NCBI GenBank assembly: GCA_016933575.1 | Contig: JAFGAR010000175.1 | Location: 1 to 64,000 of the forward strand | Reading direction: 5' to 3' | DNA: 64,000 bases | From: Candidatus Thorarchaeota archaeon | GTDB taxonomy: Archaea; Asgardarchaeota; Thorarchaeia; Thorarchaeales; Thorarchaeaceae | Shown: piece after piece, positions 39,194 to 49,813 of the stretch | Numbering within the stretch: position 1 is the first letter of the stretch | How the letters are laid out: every line of letters starts with the position of its first letter | Made by a program: the position numbers and the translations under genes | The notes under the pieces: generated by a model | Told to the model about the DNA's origin: nothing | The model's input: the letters and a program-made list of their open reading frames with translations, nothing else | The model's database searches: none

Positions 39194-40036
39194 ATGGTGA
39201 AGGGTGTGCGTCAGAGACCTAAGAATACTATGAATGACCTCGATAGCAAAGAATGGGTTAAATCAACTAAATCGTGGTTCATAATCAATCCTCGACCTAG
39301 ATCTGATGTCCAGCTTGAACATCCAGCAAAATTCCCTGAGGAACTAGTAAAGCATTTTCTTAGATTCTTCACAAAGGAAGGTTCTTGGGTCCTTGATCCA
39401 TTTGCTGGCATTGGCAGTACCCTTATCGCTTGCAAGGAGTCTTCAAGAAACTCTGTAGGTATTGAACTCAATCCGGAATTTGTTGATATTGGGAGGCGGT
39501 TTTTGTCAACATATCCGGGCAAAGGAGAACATCACTTTCTCGATGGAAATTCAATGAGAATTAGAGAGTTGCTTGAGAATGAGTTTAAGCATGAGGTACC
39601 AACATTTGATTTCCTAATTACTTCACCACCATACTGGGACATGCTTCGAAAGTCTCGAGGGGGAAATGATTCAATCCAAAAAGACAGAAAGGAGCGAGGT
39701 CTACGCCAGTTCTATAGCAATCTTGAATATGACCTTGGGAATATTGATAATTACTACCGGTATATCGAGACCTTGAGCTCCATTATTTGTAGCCTGAAGC
39801 CCTTCTTACGGGATGGAGCTTACCTATCCATTATTGTGCAGAATATGAGAGATACAAACGGTGAGATGCGACCGATAGCTTGGGATGTAGCAAAGCAACT
39901 CTCGAATCAATATCAACTTCAACAGGAGATGATCTGGTGTCAAGATAATAAGAAACTAGGTTGTTGGGGGTATCCAACCACCTACGTATCGAATGTGCAT
40001 CACCACTATTGTCTCATATTCAGGAATTCAGTTTAA
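39194..40036 (+). CDS. Orphan N4/N6 DNA methyltransferase
   Basis: HPAKFP, VLDPFAGIGST, GIELN, ITSPPYW. Confidence 0.85.
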   Translation: MVKGVRQRPKNTMNDLDSKEWVKSTKSWFIINPRPRSDVQLEHPAKFPEELVKHFLRFFTKEGSWVLDPFAGIGSTLIACKESSRNSVGIELNPEFVDIGRRFLSTYPGKGEHHFLDGNSMRIRELLENEFKHEVPTFDFLITSPPYWDMLRKSRGGNDSIQKDRKERGLRQFYSNLEYDLGNIDNYYRYIETLSSIICSLKPFLRDGAYLSIIVQNMRDTNGEMRPIAWDVAKQLSNQYQLQQEMIWCQDNKKLGCWGYPTTYVSNVHHHYCLIFRNSV

Positions 40037-40090
40037 CAGTCGTTATAGCCATAAACATTCACATACTATGTTATACTGAGAGTATGTTGC

Positions 40091-40609
40091 TTGGTCGAAC
40101 GAGTTGAAATCTTTGGAATTGAAGAGAAAGAGCTCGAAGGATTTCTGCATGCACTATCTAATTTGTATAACAGTAAAACAAAATTCTACGAGTCAGGAAT
40201 AAATCTGCTTCTTAGTAATGAATTAGATAGCAAGCAAGTTCTTTTCATAACACATCTCTATACTATATCGACCGGTATTATTCTTCTATTCGTTGAGTAT
40301 CTCAAAGATCTCAATACAGCATCCTTCAAAATTCATGCGTTTCGACCTTTTCTTGCATCACAAACCACATATGAATTTGCAGAGAAAAAGCTCAAGGAAA
40401 CTCTAGAGTACTTCAAAGACAAAGACATGAAACCTTTTGCACTTGAAGCCATCATTGATGTTTTTATATGTCCAAACTGCAATGCTCGGTATTCATCCAG
40501 AATTCTTAGGATGAGAGATGACGGTTATATTGAATGTCAGAATTGTGGCAAGTATGTGTTTGTAAGAAAAAGTGAAGATACGCCTGAGTCACAATCGGTA
40601 CAAGTTTGA
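40091..40609 (+). CDS. Hypothetical protein with C-terminal zinc ribbon
   Basis: CPNC...CQNCGK. Confidence 0.7.
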   Translation: MVERVEIFGIEEKELEGFLHALSNLYNSKTKFYESGINLLLSNELDSKQVLFITHLYTISTGIILLFVEYLKDLNTASFKIHAFRPFLASQTTYEFAEKKLKETLEYFKDKDMKPFALEAIIDVFICPNCNARYSSRILRMRDDGYIECQNCGKYVFVRKSEDTPESQSVQV

Positions 40610-40662
40610 ATGTGAGAACCATGTCATATCATTCTTAAGTAGATTCTTTTGAACGAGCATTT

Positions 40663-41550
40663 ATGCCAAATAGTCCTCGTCACCTCACTATTGAGGATCA
40701 TCGACAAGTTAAGTTGCTTTGTGAAACAATATGGGAAGGTAATGACTATGTGCCAGAAACTTTTCCAAAATGGGTATCGGATTCTAAGGCAACGCCAATG
40801 GGAGTATTCGAAGGAGAAGATCTCATAGCGCTTGCAAACTTAGAGAGAGTTGATGGTACCTCAATTGCATGGGTTCAAGGTCTTAGAGTAAAAGATGGCT
40901 ATAGACAGAAGGGCTATGGTACAAGTGTGACAAATGCAATAGTCGATATCTCACGAACTATGGGAATCCGAACTTTATGGTATGCTACTAGCTCTAAAAA
41001 TACATCATCACAACATGTGGCTGAACGAACTGGATTCAAAGTTGTGGACAACACCGGTTACTTTCGTCTATACAAGCCATACCCGCCACATGCAAAACCC
41101 AGTCCAAGCATCGTTCCTCTACAAGTAAATCCCTCGAGACTATTTGAAATCCTACAAGAAAATCCCGACCTTGTTCAAAGTACCACATTTCCATTAGCAT
41201 GGGAATTCGACTTCAGGAGTATTGAAGGATTGACAAGACTACTCCAAAATGCTACCATCAGAGTCATTATCGATGAATCTGGTAGGGCTCAAGGCGTCTA
41301 TTGTATGATAACTAGGCAGAGAAAGGACGAACTTACTGCTGCGTATACAGTATTCACCACTGATAGATCAATATTTGTTGACATCATTTCCAGGACTATT
41401 GATGAAGCAGAAACATTGGGAGCAAATCGTGCGGTCTACTTTCTTGGACCACGGGCAACAGAGTGGGCACTTACGCTTGGTTTTGTAGATGAGGAATTCA
41501 ATGGTAGACAATTCCTCCTCTATGAGCTGAATCCAGCGGCCAATGCCTAA
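40663..41550 (+). CDS. GNAT acetyltransferase
   Basis: WEGNDYV, GLRVKDGYRQKGYG, N..S..VAERTGF. Confidence 0.85.
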   Translation: MPNSPRHLTIEDHRQVKLLCETIWEGNDYVPETFPKWVSDSKATPMGVFEGEDLIALANLERVDGTSIAWVQGLRVKDGYRQKGYGTSVTNAIVDISRTMGIRTLWYATSSKNTSSQHVAERTGFKVVDNTGYFRLYKPYPPHAKPSPSIVPLQVNPSRLFEILQENPDLVQSTTFPLAWEFDFRSIEGLTRLLQNATIRVIIDESGRAQGVYCMITRQRKDELTAAYTVFTTDRSIFVDIISRTIDEAETLGANRAVYFLGPRATEWALTLGFVDEEFNGRQFLLYELNPAANA

Positions 41551-41560
41551 GCGATAGATG

Positions 41561-44500
41561 CTATCTATTTCTCAGTTTTTTATAGATAGATAGAAATCCA
41601 ACAAAGATTGCGACTGCAAGAGTTGTATACAAAGCAACTCTAAGTATTAGTTCCACATCACTAAAGGGATTTGGAGCTGGAAGTAGAGTAATTGTTAGGA
41701 CAAGAGTATTGTAGTTATTATATAAGTCAAAGACTGCAACTTCAATTGTGTAAACTCCTGAATCTAGATCAATGGAATTTATCAACCAACCTGTAGTATT
41801 CACTGAAAACCGAGTGTCATTCACACTCCAATGATCTATACCTGAGAAATCAGTTGCCTCGAGATATACTTCTAGATTTGATCCATATTGAAGGTCGATG
41901 GATGCATCTGAGTATATCCAAGTCGGTGAGATTGTATCAATAACTTGGATCGTGACCTCATCTATCAATGTATTGTCGAATGGATCTATAGCTGTTAGCT
42001 CTAGACCATAACTTCCAACATGCAGAGGTACAACGTTAGATAGTTGTCCACTCAATGTCAATACAAAATGAACGGTATCGTTTATAGTAAAAGAGTCAAG
42101 GCCGCTATCATCGAAGATATCGAATTGAAACACAAACGATTGACCAGCTTCGGCGACTATGTATTCCAGAGGTGTTAACCATTCTGGTGGATTATTATCA
42201 ACCGCGGGGAGGTAACTGCTGTTTGTCACCCAACCAGTTAGATTTTCACCATCAAGTTCCACGGTTGCAAGGATTCCATTACTTCTGAAAATAGATGCAG
42301 TTTGCCCAGTAGTAGTAGAAGCTGAACGCCATATAGCATAGCTTTCCCAAATTGAAGAACTGGTCACTCGTTGATTATCAAACCAAGCATGCAATGCATG
42401 AACATCGCCAATCTCTGCATAGCTGTTGGTATATGTTGGAGACCTTAATCCAGTGATAAAGAAGAGACGAGATCCCTCTAGTACTCCTGAGGAAATATAA
42501 CCGTTCAATGTGTTAGCTGTTATCTCAACCTCTGCTTGCATAATTGTTACATTATTCTCATCCAATACAGCCATGCTTACATCTACTCCAACTTCGTATA
42601 TACCTATCATACCACTGAATGTATAATTCAACTGGATTGAATAGGGTTCTGCTCGCTGATACCAATTATAGAAATCCCCTAGTTCAGGATCTAGAAGCGG
42701 AACAACTTCAGTTGATGTTATGGTCACAGACTCAGTATCTGTACGAGTGTCATTCCATTGGACAGTAAGTTCAATTAAATTGGTACCATTTTGAAACACC
42801 GGGACCATGACCTCTAATTGAGTAATATTCACAATATGAATGATATCTTCATCATTGACCGACACATCTAGAGATTCAACTTCTTCAATTTGGTCTATAG
42901 TATATTCTACAAGAACAAGACCGCCTCTGACTGTCTGACTACTTGTTGGAGATGTTATTTCGAAGTTACGGGGAATCTCGACTGATACATTTTGCATTAT
43001 AGCATTGTTTGAGGTCATCAACTCCCCAACAACTGGTGTTACATATACACACACATTATGCAATCCTAAATCAGTTGGGATCCAGATGTATTCAAATTCA
43101 TAATATGCACTTGGTGCGAGAGAAGAAATTTCATCTTCGTCAACAACTACATCATCAATAAAGATTGTGAGTTCGACATCATATTCTGTGCTATTTCCGA
43201 TATTATGAGCAATTGCAGTAATCTCAACAGGTTCGTTGAGTGAAGCATAGGAGGGTGCTAAGAGACCTGCTTCTAGTTCACTCCCTTGATATTTGTATAA
43301 AAAGTTGAGACTAAATTCAGTCGTATATGATAGGAGCGAACTATCATATGAGTTATAGTGAATCCCATCACCATGGTTAAGACCTACAGTACCGTCATAG
43401 ATATTGCCCATTGTCTGATAATTAAACTGAATTAGTCCATTCTCGTAGAAGACTACTTCAAATGTGCCAGCTATTCCTCCTGAGAGATAGTAATACTCGC
43501 GAAACTCTATGACCACTCTATCCTCTGTTGCCCAACACCAGATATTGTTGTATGCAATGAGATCAGCCCACATTGGTGCAAGTGAGTAAACATATCGAGA
43601 ATCAGTGGTTGGATATTCTACATTGTTATATTGCCAAGGATTGTCATTCTCAAAACTAAGCCACCCATTACTACTAACATAGACTGTATCGAAGATATTA
43701 TCATAGAATTGAAACTCAAAGGGAAGTACCACACCGACTGACTCGTCATCACCATCAACGTCTAGATTGACACCGTTTACAAAAGCATCATACCAAGTAT
43801 ATGTTACCTCGGACATCATGTAGTCATGCAGGTCACGCACACTTACCATTTGAGTTGCATAATTATTAGCTTCTGAGTATTCATCATCCACAGGCTCTGC
43901 ATAGGCTGTGATATTGTATGAGTTCACTTCAAAGGGTGCCCAAGGATATTCAATTGATTCAGCGTGTCCACTAAGAAGCACTGGAACTGAGATTGAATCG
44001 ACTTCACTACCATTGATTAGAAGTGTCAAGACTACATTAGTTTCATCCATAGTTCCTTTATTCTGAACTGAAGCTGTTATTGTAGTCGATTCTCCGGGCC
44101 CTAAAGTTGCAGGGACATCTATAGTGACTGAGAGATCATGTTCTGGAACTTCGTAATTTGACCAGATTAGGGCATTATAGACAATTTGGCAATCATCAGC
44201 GCCACTTGAGTATTCAGGCAATCCAGTGAATAGAACCATCCCGCGGTATGCGATAATTGCTCCGTAAGGAGTTGCGGAATCATGAAGTGCAAGATACATA
44301 CCACCATCTAACTTGCTACTGTCCCATTGTGAGTCGAGTGGATAGAATGTCATTGGATAAGCCTGAGTATAGGAGCCCTCGAGTCCATTGAATAGTGGAT
44401 GAGTTTCTTCAATTAGATCATACACTACTGAACCACTGTAATATACTGAAGTTGTTCCATAGTCAGCTAATCCGAGGAATTCAGCCCAATCTTCAAGATT

Positions 44501-47500
44501 GTAATGGAGTGCTCCTCCGCCTATAATGAATCCATGACCCGATTCAATATACTCCTTGATAGCATTGATTTCAGAAGTTGACATTTGTTCAGGCGGTAGA
44601 CCTAGATGAAGAACATCAGGTCTCAGGGTTTCAAGTGTGTTAAGTGTTAATGGAAGAGACTCATTTTGAAATGAAGTGTAGTCAATATAGAGTGGAGAAT
44701 CTCCGTAGCTATCCCAATGTAGCATAATCTCATCCCAGCAGCATTGATCAGCATATTCTGTGCCGGCACTTGGCAAAATGAGAATGCTTATTCTCACAGG
44801 CAGAGTAATCGATGCGTCGATATAACCACCGAACTTTCCAGTTGCTGTAATTATCCCTGCAGAATCAGACATAAGTGCAAATGAAATCATTCCACTTTCA
44901 TTTGTGTAGCCATTCTCGCTGTTACCAAGACCTGTAACGTTGATGAAGCAGTTCTCAAGTGGAGTTCCCTCATAATAATCGCTTGCTGTGAATGTCACTA
45001 TCGTTGATTGTGAACGTTCCAAATAGCTAGGGCTTGCATCGAGTGCAATGATAGATGAATCATAGACAATGATTGTTGTAGAGAAATTCAAATACCCTGC
45101 TTTTGTCACATGTACATCAATCAAACCACTAGATGTTGGAGAGATAAACACACTACATGTTCCGTCAGCTTTCGATGTATTTGCTACCGAAATACCACAT
45201 CCTGAGAGTGAAACTGATGCGCCTTCAATTGGAGTTTCTGTGGCAGAATCAAAAGCCTCTAGATAGATTGTTTCAGAAGAACCTGACTTTAGAGCATTAT
45301 CCGACAATAAAACAACAAGTGATGGGAATAAGAGGAATTCAATCGCATTAGCAATTAGTCTGTTGCGATTATTAACATCTGCAATTGCGTCAATTGAAAA
45401 CCCGATGAATACGACTCCACCCAAACTTGGAGAGGGGGAAAGCCCCGTTATAGCACTTCCACCAGAATAACTTCCACCATATGCAGCAGCATTTAGTGAA
45501 CCATTAGCCGCAGCAAAAACATCCGCATATGCAGTTCCAAGTTGATTGGCAAGTAGGATGTTTGAAGGAAGATTAGATACAATTGGATGTGAACCTGGTA
45601 CAAGTTCGAGAGAACCGGTGTTTGTAGTCCTCTCTGTCCATTCTACATGAAACAATGATGAGAACCTACTATCCTCTACGCCATCTAATGAATAAAGGAT
45701 TGAAGCTCCTTCAAAGAGGAGATTTCCTCCAGTATTATGGTATTCATAGAGAACATCAAGAAGATAGCTCATTGGTGCATTCAAGGGATAACCATAGTTG
45801 TCACCTGTAGAAACAATTACTGCATCAAATCCTTGAAGGAAACTTAGAGCGGGTGTAGACTCATGCATTGTAAAATAGACTGTTACATCATACTCGTCTT
45901 TTAGGGCTAGAACATAGTCACCAGGATTCGAAGCATCACCAAAGTTATCATCAGCCCACCCTCCAGGATAGTCTGGACCAGAGCTTGTTCCTGCATTATC
46001 ACCAATAACTAGGACATCTCCCCGACTAACTTTGAAACGTATCTCGGATCCCCCACTCATTGATCCATTATCAAATTGAATGTAGAGTTTTAACCATCCA
46101 AATGTCGTAATATTGATTGAATCTGAATATTCTCCTGATACAGCTGTAAGATCCATTGTATGAATCACATTGCCAGAAGAATCCAACAATGTTGCATTTC
46201 CATTACAGTCATCATTAACATTTCCTGAAAAATTCAGGAAGGTATTGTAAATGGGAAGTCCATCAAGTTGAGTCGATACATCAAGTTTCCCTACATGTAT
46301 TGAGGAAACTGAAGTACTCGCGAAGGGTTGAGTGATTCTTGTCACTACAGTGTAGTCACCAGGAAGTGAGTCTGGAGTGAATTCAATGGAGAACTGGCCC
46401 AGACTATTTGTAGATACTAGTTCCGAATACACAGTCACACCTAGTGGGTTCTTGATTGTGACATTAACTGTATCAGTGATTGGTTTATTGTTATATTGCA
46501 GGCAGGTCCCATCTACAGTTACTGTTTCGTGTAAATCGACTTGGTCAGTAGCAATAGTGACATTGTGTTTCCAATACATTCTGAGAGCAGGGTCTCCAAA
46601 ATAAATAGCGTGATAAATAGTCTCTAAGGTTGGTCCATTTGATGTGTCATAGTTCGTAGCCATGAAATTCAGGGCATCATGAAATGCATCCTTTGGACTT
46701 GCCTCATGATTTGCTAATGCCTCAGTGAAAAAGTACTCCCAAAAGAGGTTATGAAATCCATCAAAGCAATCATATCCCGCCCAAGCAATACGGGTTGCAC
46801 CAATATAGGTTGATGCGCCGCCGTTTGTAGCTCTGAAGAAAGCTTCACCAATTGTGGGTTCAACACCTTCAACATCAAATGCTGCAGTTTCGCATGCCAT
46901 CGCAAAAGCAAAGGGAGTCTTATTCCCATTATTGAGTGCAAGTACATCACTCACATCAAGAGCATTGACCCAAACATCGTATGCTCCATGGTCGAAGAAA
47001 TTGACGATATTGATGCCTGAGTTGATTTTTGTAACAATATCTACTGTCGAGAGAGAACCATCGGTTGGATAATATCGAAAGACATCGAAGAATGAATCAA
47101 AAAGATATTTCTGATTCAGCTGACCTTCTGACATCACGACACCGTCTCCATCTCCAAAGCAGTCAACAGCTATGAGCATGAAATCATTCATCCAATCTCC
47201 GGGTTCTGGGTCACTCTCATAGCTAATTATACGAGTGAGGACTCGCTGGGCATCCGTAGAAGTCTGAATAGGCAATCGACCAACCTTGACCTCTGGGAAG
47301 AGATCTACATCATCATCGAATTCGCCAAAGATATCATTATCATTAGCATCCCAATCGCCATCTAAGCACTCGTAATATAGGTCACTAGGTTCAGTCCCGT
47401 TATCTAAGCTCATTCCTGCATTTGCAGGATCCCATACCTCCCTTGCTGGTACAAGGTCACAATCACCTATTAATAGAAAATACTCGGTAGCATTTGTCGC

Positions 47501-48523
47501 ATAAGCATCTGTGATAAATGAACGAACCTTTTCAGGATTATCTCGACCACTATATCCAGATAGAATATCACTGACTGTTTCAACAAAAACATCGAAACCA
47601 ATACTGGTTTTCCAGTCGATGAAGTCATCTAGAATAGGAGCTATATCATCTGTTGTAATGATTGTATAGCTCGCCCCTTGGTAGTCACTCCAACCATTGA
47701 ATGTGATGGATTCTTCTGTCACAGAATCCGTAAAGAGAACTTCAATACTAATCTCAGTGTGGAGTAGGCCCTGTTTCTCTATTGGATTATATTGCAGAGG
47801 ATGCAGAGTCAACATCAAAGCTCGTTCTTCGCCACTCTTAATAACTTGAGAATCTACAAGCTCTGAGGGGTATGTCGTACTTGATTCATAGACTTCAGGA
47901 TCAAAGAATAGAGTTAGATCAGGAACCATATCGCCGAAGATTGCTAATGGTTTCGGTCCGGGAACTAAATCGAGACCGTATAGGACTTCGTGCGTCTGAC
48001 TAGAAACTCGGATTTCAAGTACATCTAAGTCTGTGGGTACGTTGAACATAATCTTACTATAGGGTAAAACTGGCACTCCATAATTTGTCGAGAGTTCCAT
48101 CTCGGGTATGAAAACTGCATCGAAATAGCCCTCCTCAAAATTGTACGTGGCAATACTATAATCATGAATCAATGCATCGACAATCATTACATTTCCGAGT
48201 ACATCATAAGACACTTCCAGACCAGTGCATGCATCTCCATCAATAGAAGTTCGGTATTTCGAAAATGAATCAGCTTTTGACCGATAAGTTTCAAGAAGTT
48301 CTCTAGCATCAAGATATTCTCCTTGATTGTCAAGCGTGAGCCAATCTGCTGGAGTGTCTATGCCATATGGGTTGTGGCTCTCAGTCTCCTGAATATCAAA
48401 CCTATTATCTTCCTGCACATCACTATTACTAGATGGAGTAAGAGATAAAATTCCTATTAATGAAGAGCAACATATCATTCCAATGATGATTATGGACAAT
48501 ATACGATTGATGTAGCGGGGCAT
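41561..48523 (-). CDS. Giant cell-surface gingipain-like (peptidase C25) multidomain protease
   Basis: Propeptide (GVPVLP, LHPLQYNP), YFLLIGD, SDLYY, VGRLP, catalytic-like NFFDHG and AMACET, YFGDPAL; CARDB/Ig-like repeats; C-terminal TM plus KKLRNR. Confidence 0.88.
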   Translation of the reverse strand: MPRYINRILSIIIIGMICCSSLIGILSLTPSSNSDVQEDNRFDIQETESHNPYGIDTPADWLTLDNQGEYLDARELLETYRSKADSFSKYRTSIDGDACTGLEVSYDVLGNVMIVDALIHDYSIATYNFEEGYFDAVFIPEMELSTNYGVPVLPYSKIMFNVPTDLDVLEIRVSSQTHEVLYGLDLVPGPKPLAIFGDMVPDLTLFFDPEVYESSTTYPSELVDSQVIKSGEERALMLTLHPLQYNPIEKQGLLHTEISIEVLFTDSVTEESITFNGWSDYQGASYTIITTDDIAPILDDFIDWKTSIGFDVFVETVSDILSGYSGRDNPEKVRSFITDAYATNATEYFLLIGDCDLVPAREVWDPANAGMSLDNGTEPSDLYYECLDGDWDANDNDIFGEFDDDVDLFPEVKVGRLPIQTSTDAQRVLTRIISYESDPEPGDWMNDFMLIAVDCFGDGDGVVMSEGQLNQKYLFDSFFDVFRYYPTDGSLSTVDIVTKINSGINIVNFFDHGAYDVWVNALDVSDVLALNNGNKTPFAFAMACETAAFDVEGVEPTIGEAFFRATNGGASTYIGATRIAWAGYDCFDGFHNLFWEYFFTEALANHEASPKDAFHDALNFMATNYDTSNGPTLETIYHAIYFGDPALRMYWKHNVTIATDQVDLHETVTVDGTCLQYNNKPITDTVNVTIKNPLGVTVYSELVSTNSLGQFSIEFTPDSLPGDYTVVTRITQPFASTSVSSIHVGKLDVSTQLDGLPIYNTFLNFSGNVNDDCNGNATLLDSSGNVIHTMDLTAVSGEYSDSINITTFGWLKLYIQFDNGSMSGGSEIRFKVSRGDVLVIGDNAGTSSGPDYPGGWADDNFGDASNPGDYVLALKDEYDVTVYFTMHESTPALSFLQGFDAVIVSTGDNYGYPLNAPMSYLLDVLYEYHNTGGNLLFEGASILYSLDGVEDSRFSSLFHVEWTERTTNTGSLELVPGSHPIVSNLPSNILLANQLGTAYADVFAAANGSLNAAAYGGSYSGGSAITGLSPSPSLGGVVFIGFSIDAIADVNNRNRLIANAIEFLLFPSLVVLLSDNALKSGSSETIYLEAFDSATETPIEGASVSLSGCGISVANTSKADGTCSVFISPTSSGLIDVHVTKAGYLNFSTTIIVYDSSIIALDASPSYLERSQSTIVTFTASDYYEGTPLENCFINVTGLGNSENGYTNESGMISFALMSDSAGIITATGKFGGYIDASITLPVRISILILPSAGTEYADQCCWDEIMLHWDSYGDSPLYIDYTSFQNESLPLTLNTLETLRPDVLHLGLPPEQMSTSEINAIKEYIESGHGFIIGGGALHYNLEDWAEFLGLADYGTTSVYYSGSVVYDLIEETHPLFNGLEGSYTQAYPMTFYPLDSQWDSSKLDGGMYLALHDSATPYGAIIAYRGMVLFTGLPEYSSGADDCQIVYNALIWSNYEVPEHDLSVTIDVPATLGPGESTTITASVQNKGTMDETNVVLTLLINGSEVDSISVPVLLSGHAESIEYPWAPFEVNSYNITAYAEPVDDEYSEANNYATQMVSVRDLHDYMMSEVTYTWYDAFVNGVNLDVDGDDESVGVVLPFEFQFYDNIFDTVYVSSNGWLSFENDNPWQYNNVEYPTTDSRYVYSLAPMWADLIAYNNIWCWATEDRVVIEFREYYYLSGGIAGTFEVVFYENGLIQFNYQTMGNIYDGTVGLNHGDGIHYNSYDSSLLSYTTEFSLNFLYKYQGSELEAGLLAPSYASLNEPVEITAIAHNIGNSTEYDVELTIFIDDVVVDEDEISSLAPSAYYEFEYIWIPTDLGLHNVCVYVTPVVGELMTSNNAIMQNVSVEIPRNFEITSPTSSQTVRGGLVLVEYTIDQIEEVESLDVSVNDEDIIHIVNITQLEVMVPVFQNGTNLIELTVQWNDTRTDTESVTITSTEVVPLLDPELGDFYNWYQRAEPYSIQLNYTFSGMIGIYEVGVDVSMAVLDENNVTIMQAEVEITANTLNGYISSGVLEGSRLFFITGLRSPTYTNSYAEIGDVHALHAWFDNQRVTSSSIWESYAIWRSASTTTGQTASIFRSNGILATVELDGENLTGWVTNSSYLPAVDNNPPEWLTPLEYIVAEAGQSFVFQFDIFDDSGLDSFTINDTVHFVLTLSGQLSNVVPLHVGSYGLELTAIDPFDNTLIDEVTIQVIDTISPTWIYSDASIDLQYGSNLEVYLEATDFSGIDHWSVNDTRFSVNTTGWLINSIDLDSGVYTIEVAVFDLYNNYNTLVLTITLLPAPNPFSDVELILRVALYTTLAVAIFVGFLSIYKKLRNR

Positions 48524-48717
48524 TGGTTCAGATTCTCCTAACTTATCTCAACGTGCACTTACGAGTAGAAGAAATGACTAACTGATCCGGTGGTTTTATT
48601 CAGGACTAAGTTAAAGACTCCCATCCTTATGCACGATATGAGAACTCGAATTTGAACACTTATAAATTTCTCATACGCATATCATAATGGTCATCTACAA
48701 GATATGCGCAACTATCA

Positions 48718-48747
48718 CAAATAAAAGGAGCTGGAGACCCAGCCCCT
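48718..48747 (-). terminator. Hairpin plus T-tract terminator
   Basis: Minus strand AGGGGCTGG-GTCT-CCAGCTCCT-TTTATTT directly after the 48751 stop. Confidence 0.65.
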
Positions 48748-48750
48748 GCA

Positions 48751-49104
48751 TTATTTTTCGAAATGCACCTTTACATTTGGTGAAATTAAGTAAATGAGAC
48801 ACATGAGACTCAAGATGACTCCGGGCCAATTATCGCCCACAGCATAGAGGAATATCGCAATAACATTGAATATCACAGTCATCATCCAAGCTGAATAGTC
48901 CTGCTTCAGAATCATTGTGTAAAGCCAAAATGCAACAATTGCAAGGATTACGCCTAACAGCGAGAGTTCGTTCTCCCATATAAGATATTCAACCCCGCCA
49001 ACAATTAGGCCGGTAATAGCTTCAAGAAGCACTAACCAACCAGCGTAAGTGACTTCCTTTGGACGTGCACCTACACCAGCATCGGTCATTGGTATTTCGG
49101 TCAT
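48751..49104 (-). CDS. Small 4-TM membrane protein
   Basis: RP..VT N-terminus, four TM, YLISPNVKVHF C-terminus. Confidence 0.75.
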   Translation of the reverse strand: MTEIPMTDAGVGARPKEVTYAGWLVLLEAITGLIVGGVEYLIWENELSLLGVILAIVAFWLYTMILKQDYSAWMMTVIFNVIAIFLYAVGDNWPGVILSLMCLIYLISPNVKVHFEK

Positions 49105-49147
49105 ATAGAATCACCAAGTATCTTAGCGATGTATGCAGTGGTTCATA

Positions 49148-49702
49148 TTACTCTTTCGAGTCAATTTGATAATTAGCTTCTTCAGAAGTTTCATCCGCAT
49201 ATTCATAGAGAACTGACCAATCAGGTGCGTAGTCAATTGGTTCTAGGTCACTTGCCTCAAGTTCGAGCCCCTCAATACCTGCCACAATCTTTCTTAGTGT
49301 ATAGGATTTGGCTCCTTCCCACCGGAGATAATCATTGAGATCTTTCGAGAACTCGCCCTGGTATCTCCGACATCGACCACTACAGAAGATCTTGTCATCA
49401 CGAATCTCGAGAACGTCACCACACCACTTGCAGACTGCCTCTTCACCATGTGCGTAAATGCGGCCATTAACGAGGCGGATGAGAAGGACAGTACCATCAA
49501 AATTACAGACACCCCATTCTTGATTGAGGTTGACTACCTTGAACCACAACTGGTTCTTGGGTCGTGCTGAGGAGCGGGAAGCAACTGGAAGAGAAGAGGC
49601 GACTGGATTCGTTTCGCTGTATTCGTTACTCGATAAGGCGGTCTCATCCTTGAGTTCTGAGAATTCAGATAACTTCGTCTGTTCTGTCCGCCTCATGTAC
49701 AT
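49148..49702 (-). CDS. Hypothetical zinc-finger protein with N-terminal PIP-box-like motif
   Basis: QTKLSEF, S/P-rich linker, CKWC...CSGRC, acidic tail. Confidence 0.65.
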   Translation of the reverse strand: MYMRRTEQTKLSEFSELKDETALSSNEYSETNPVASSLPVASRSSARPKNQLWFKVVNLNQEWGVCNFDGTVLLIRLVNGRIYAHGEEAVCKWCGDVLEIRDDKIFCSGRCRRYQGEFSKDLNDYLRWEGAKSYTLRKIVAGIEGLELEASDLEPIDYAPDWSVLYEYADETSEEANYQIDSKE

Positions 49703-49813
49703 GAGTGTTCCAAGAGCACAGATAAACTCCTATCTGAAATCGAATGAGATAGTTACGAAGCAATTAGAAGAATTTATGTTATGATATATAGAAAACACTT
49801 GGAGGTTTTATCG

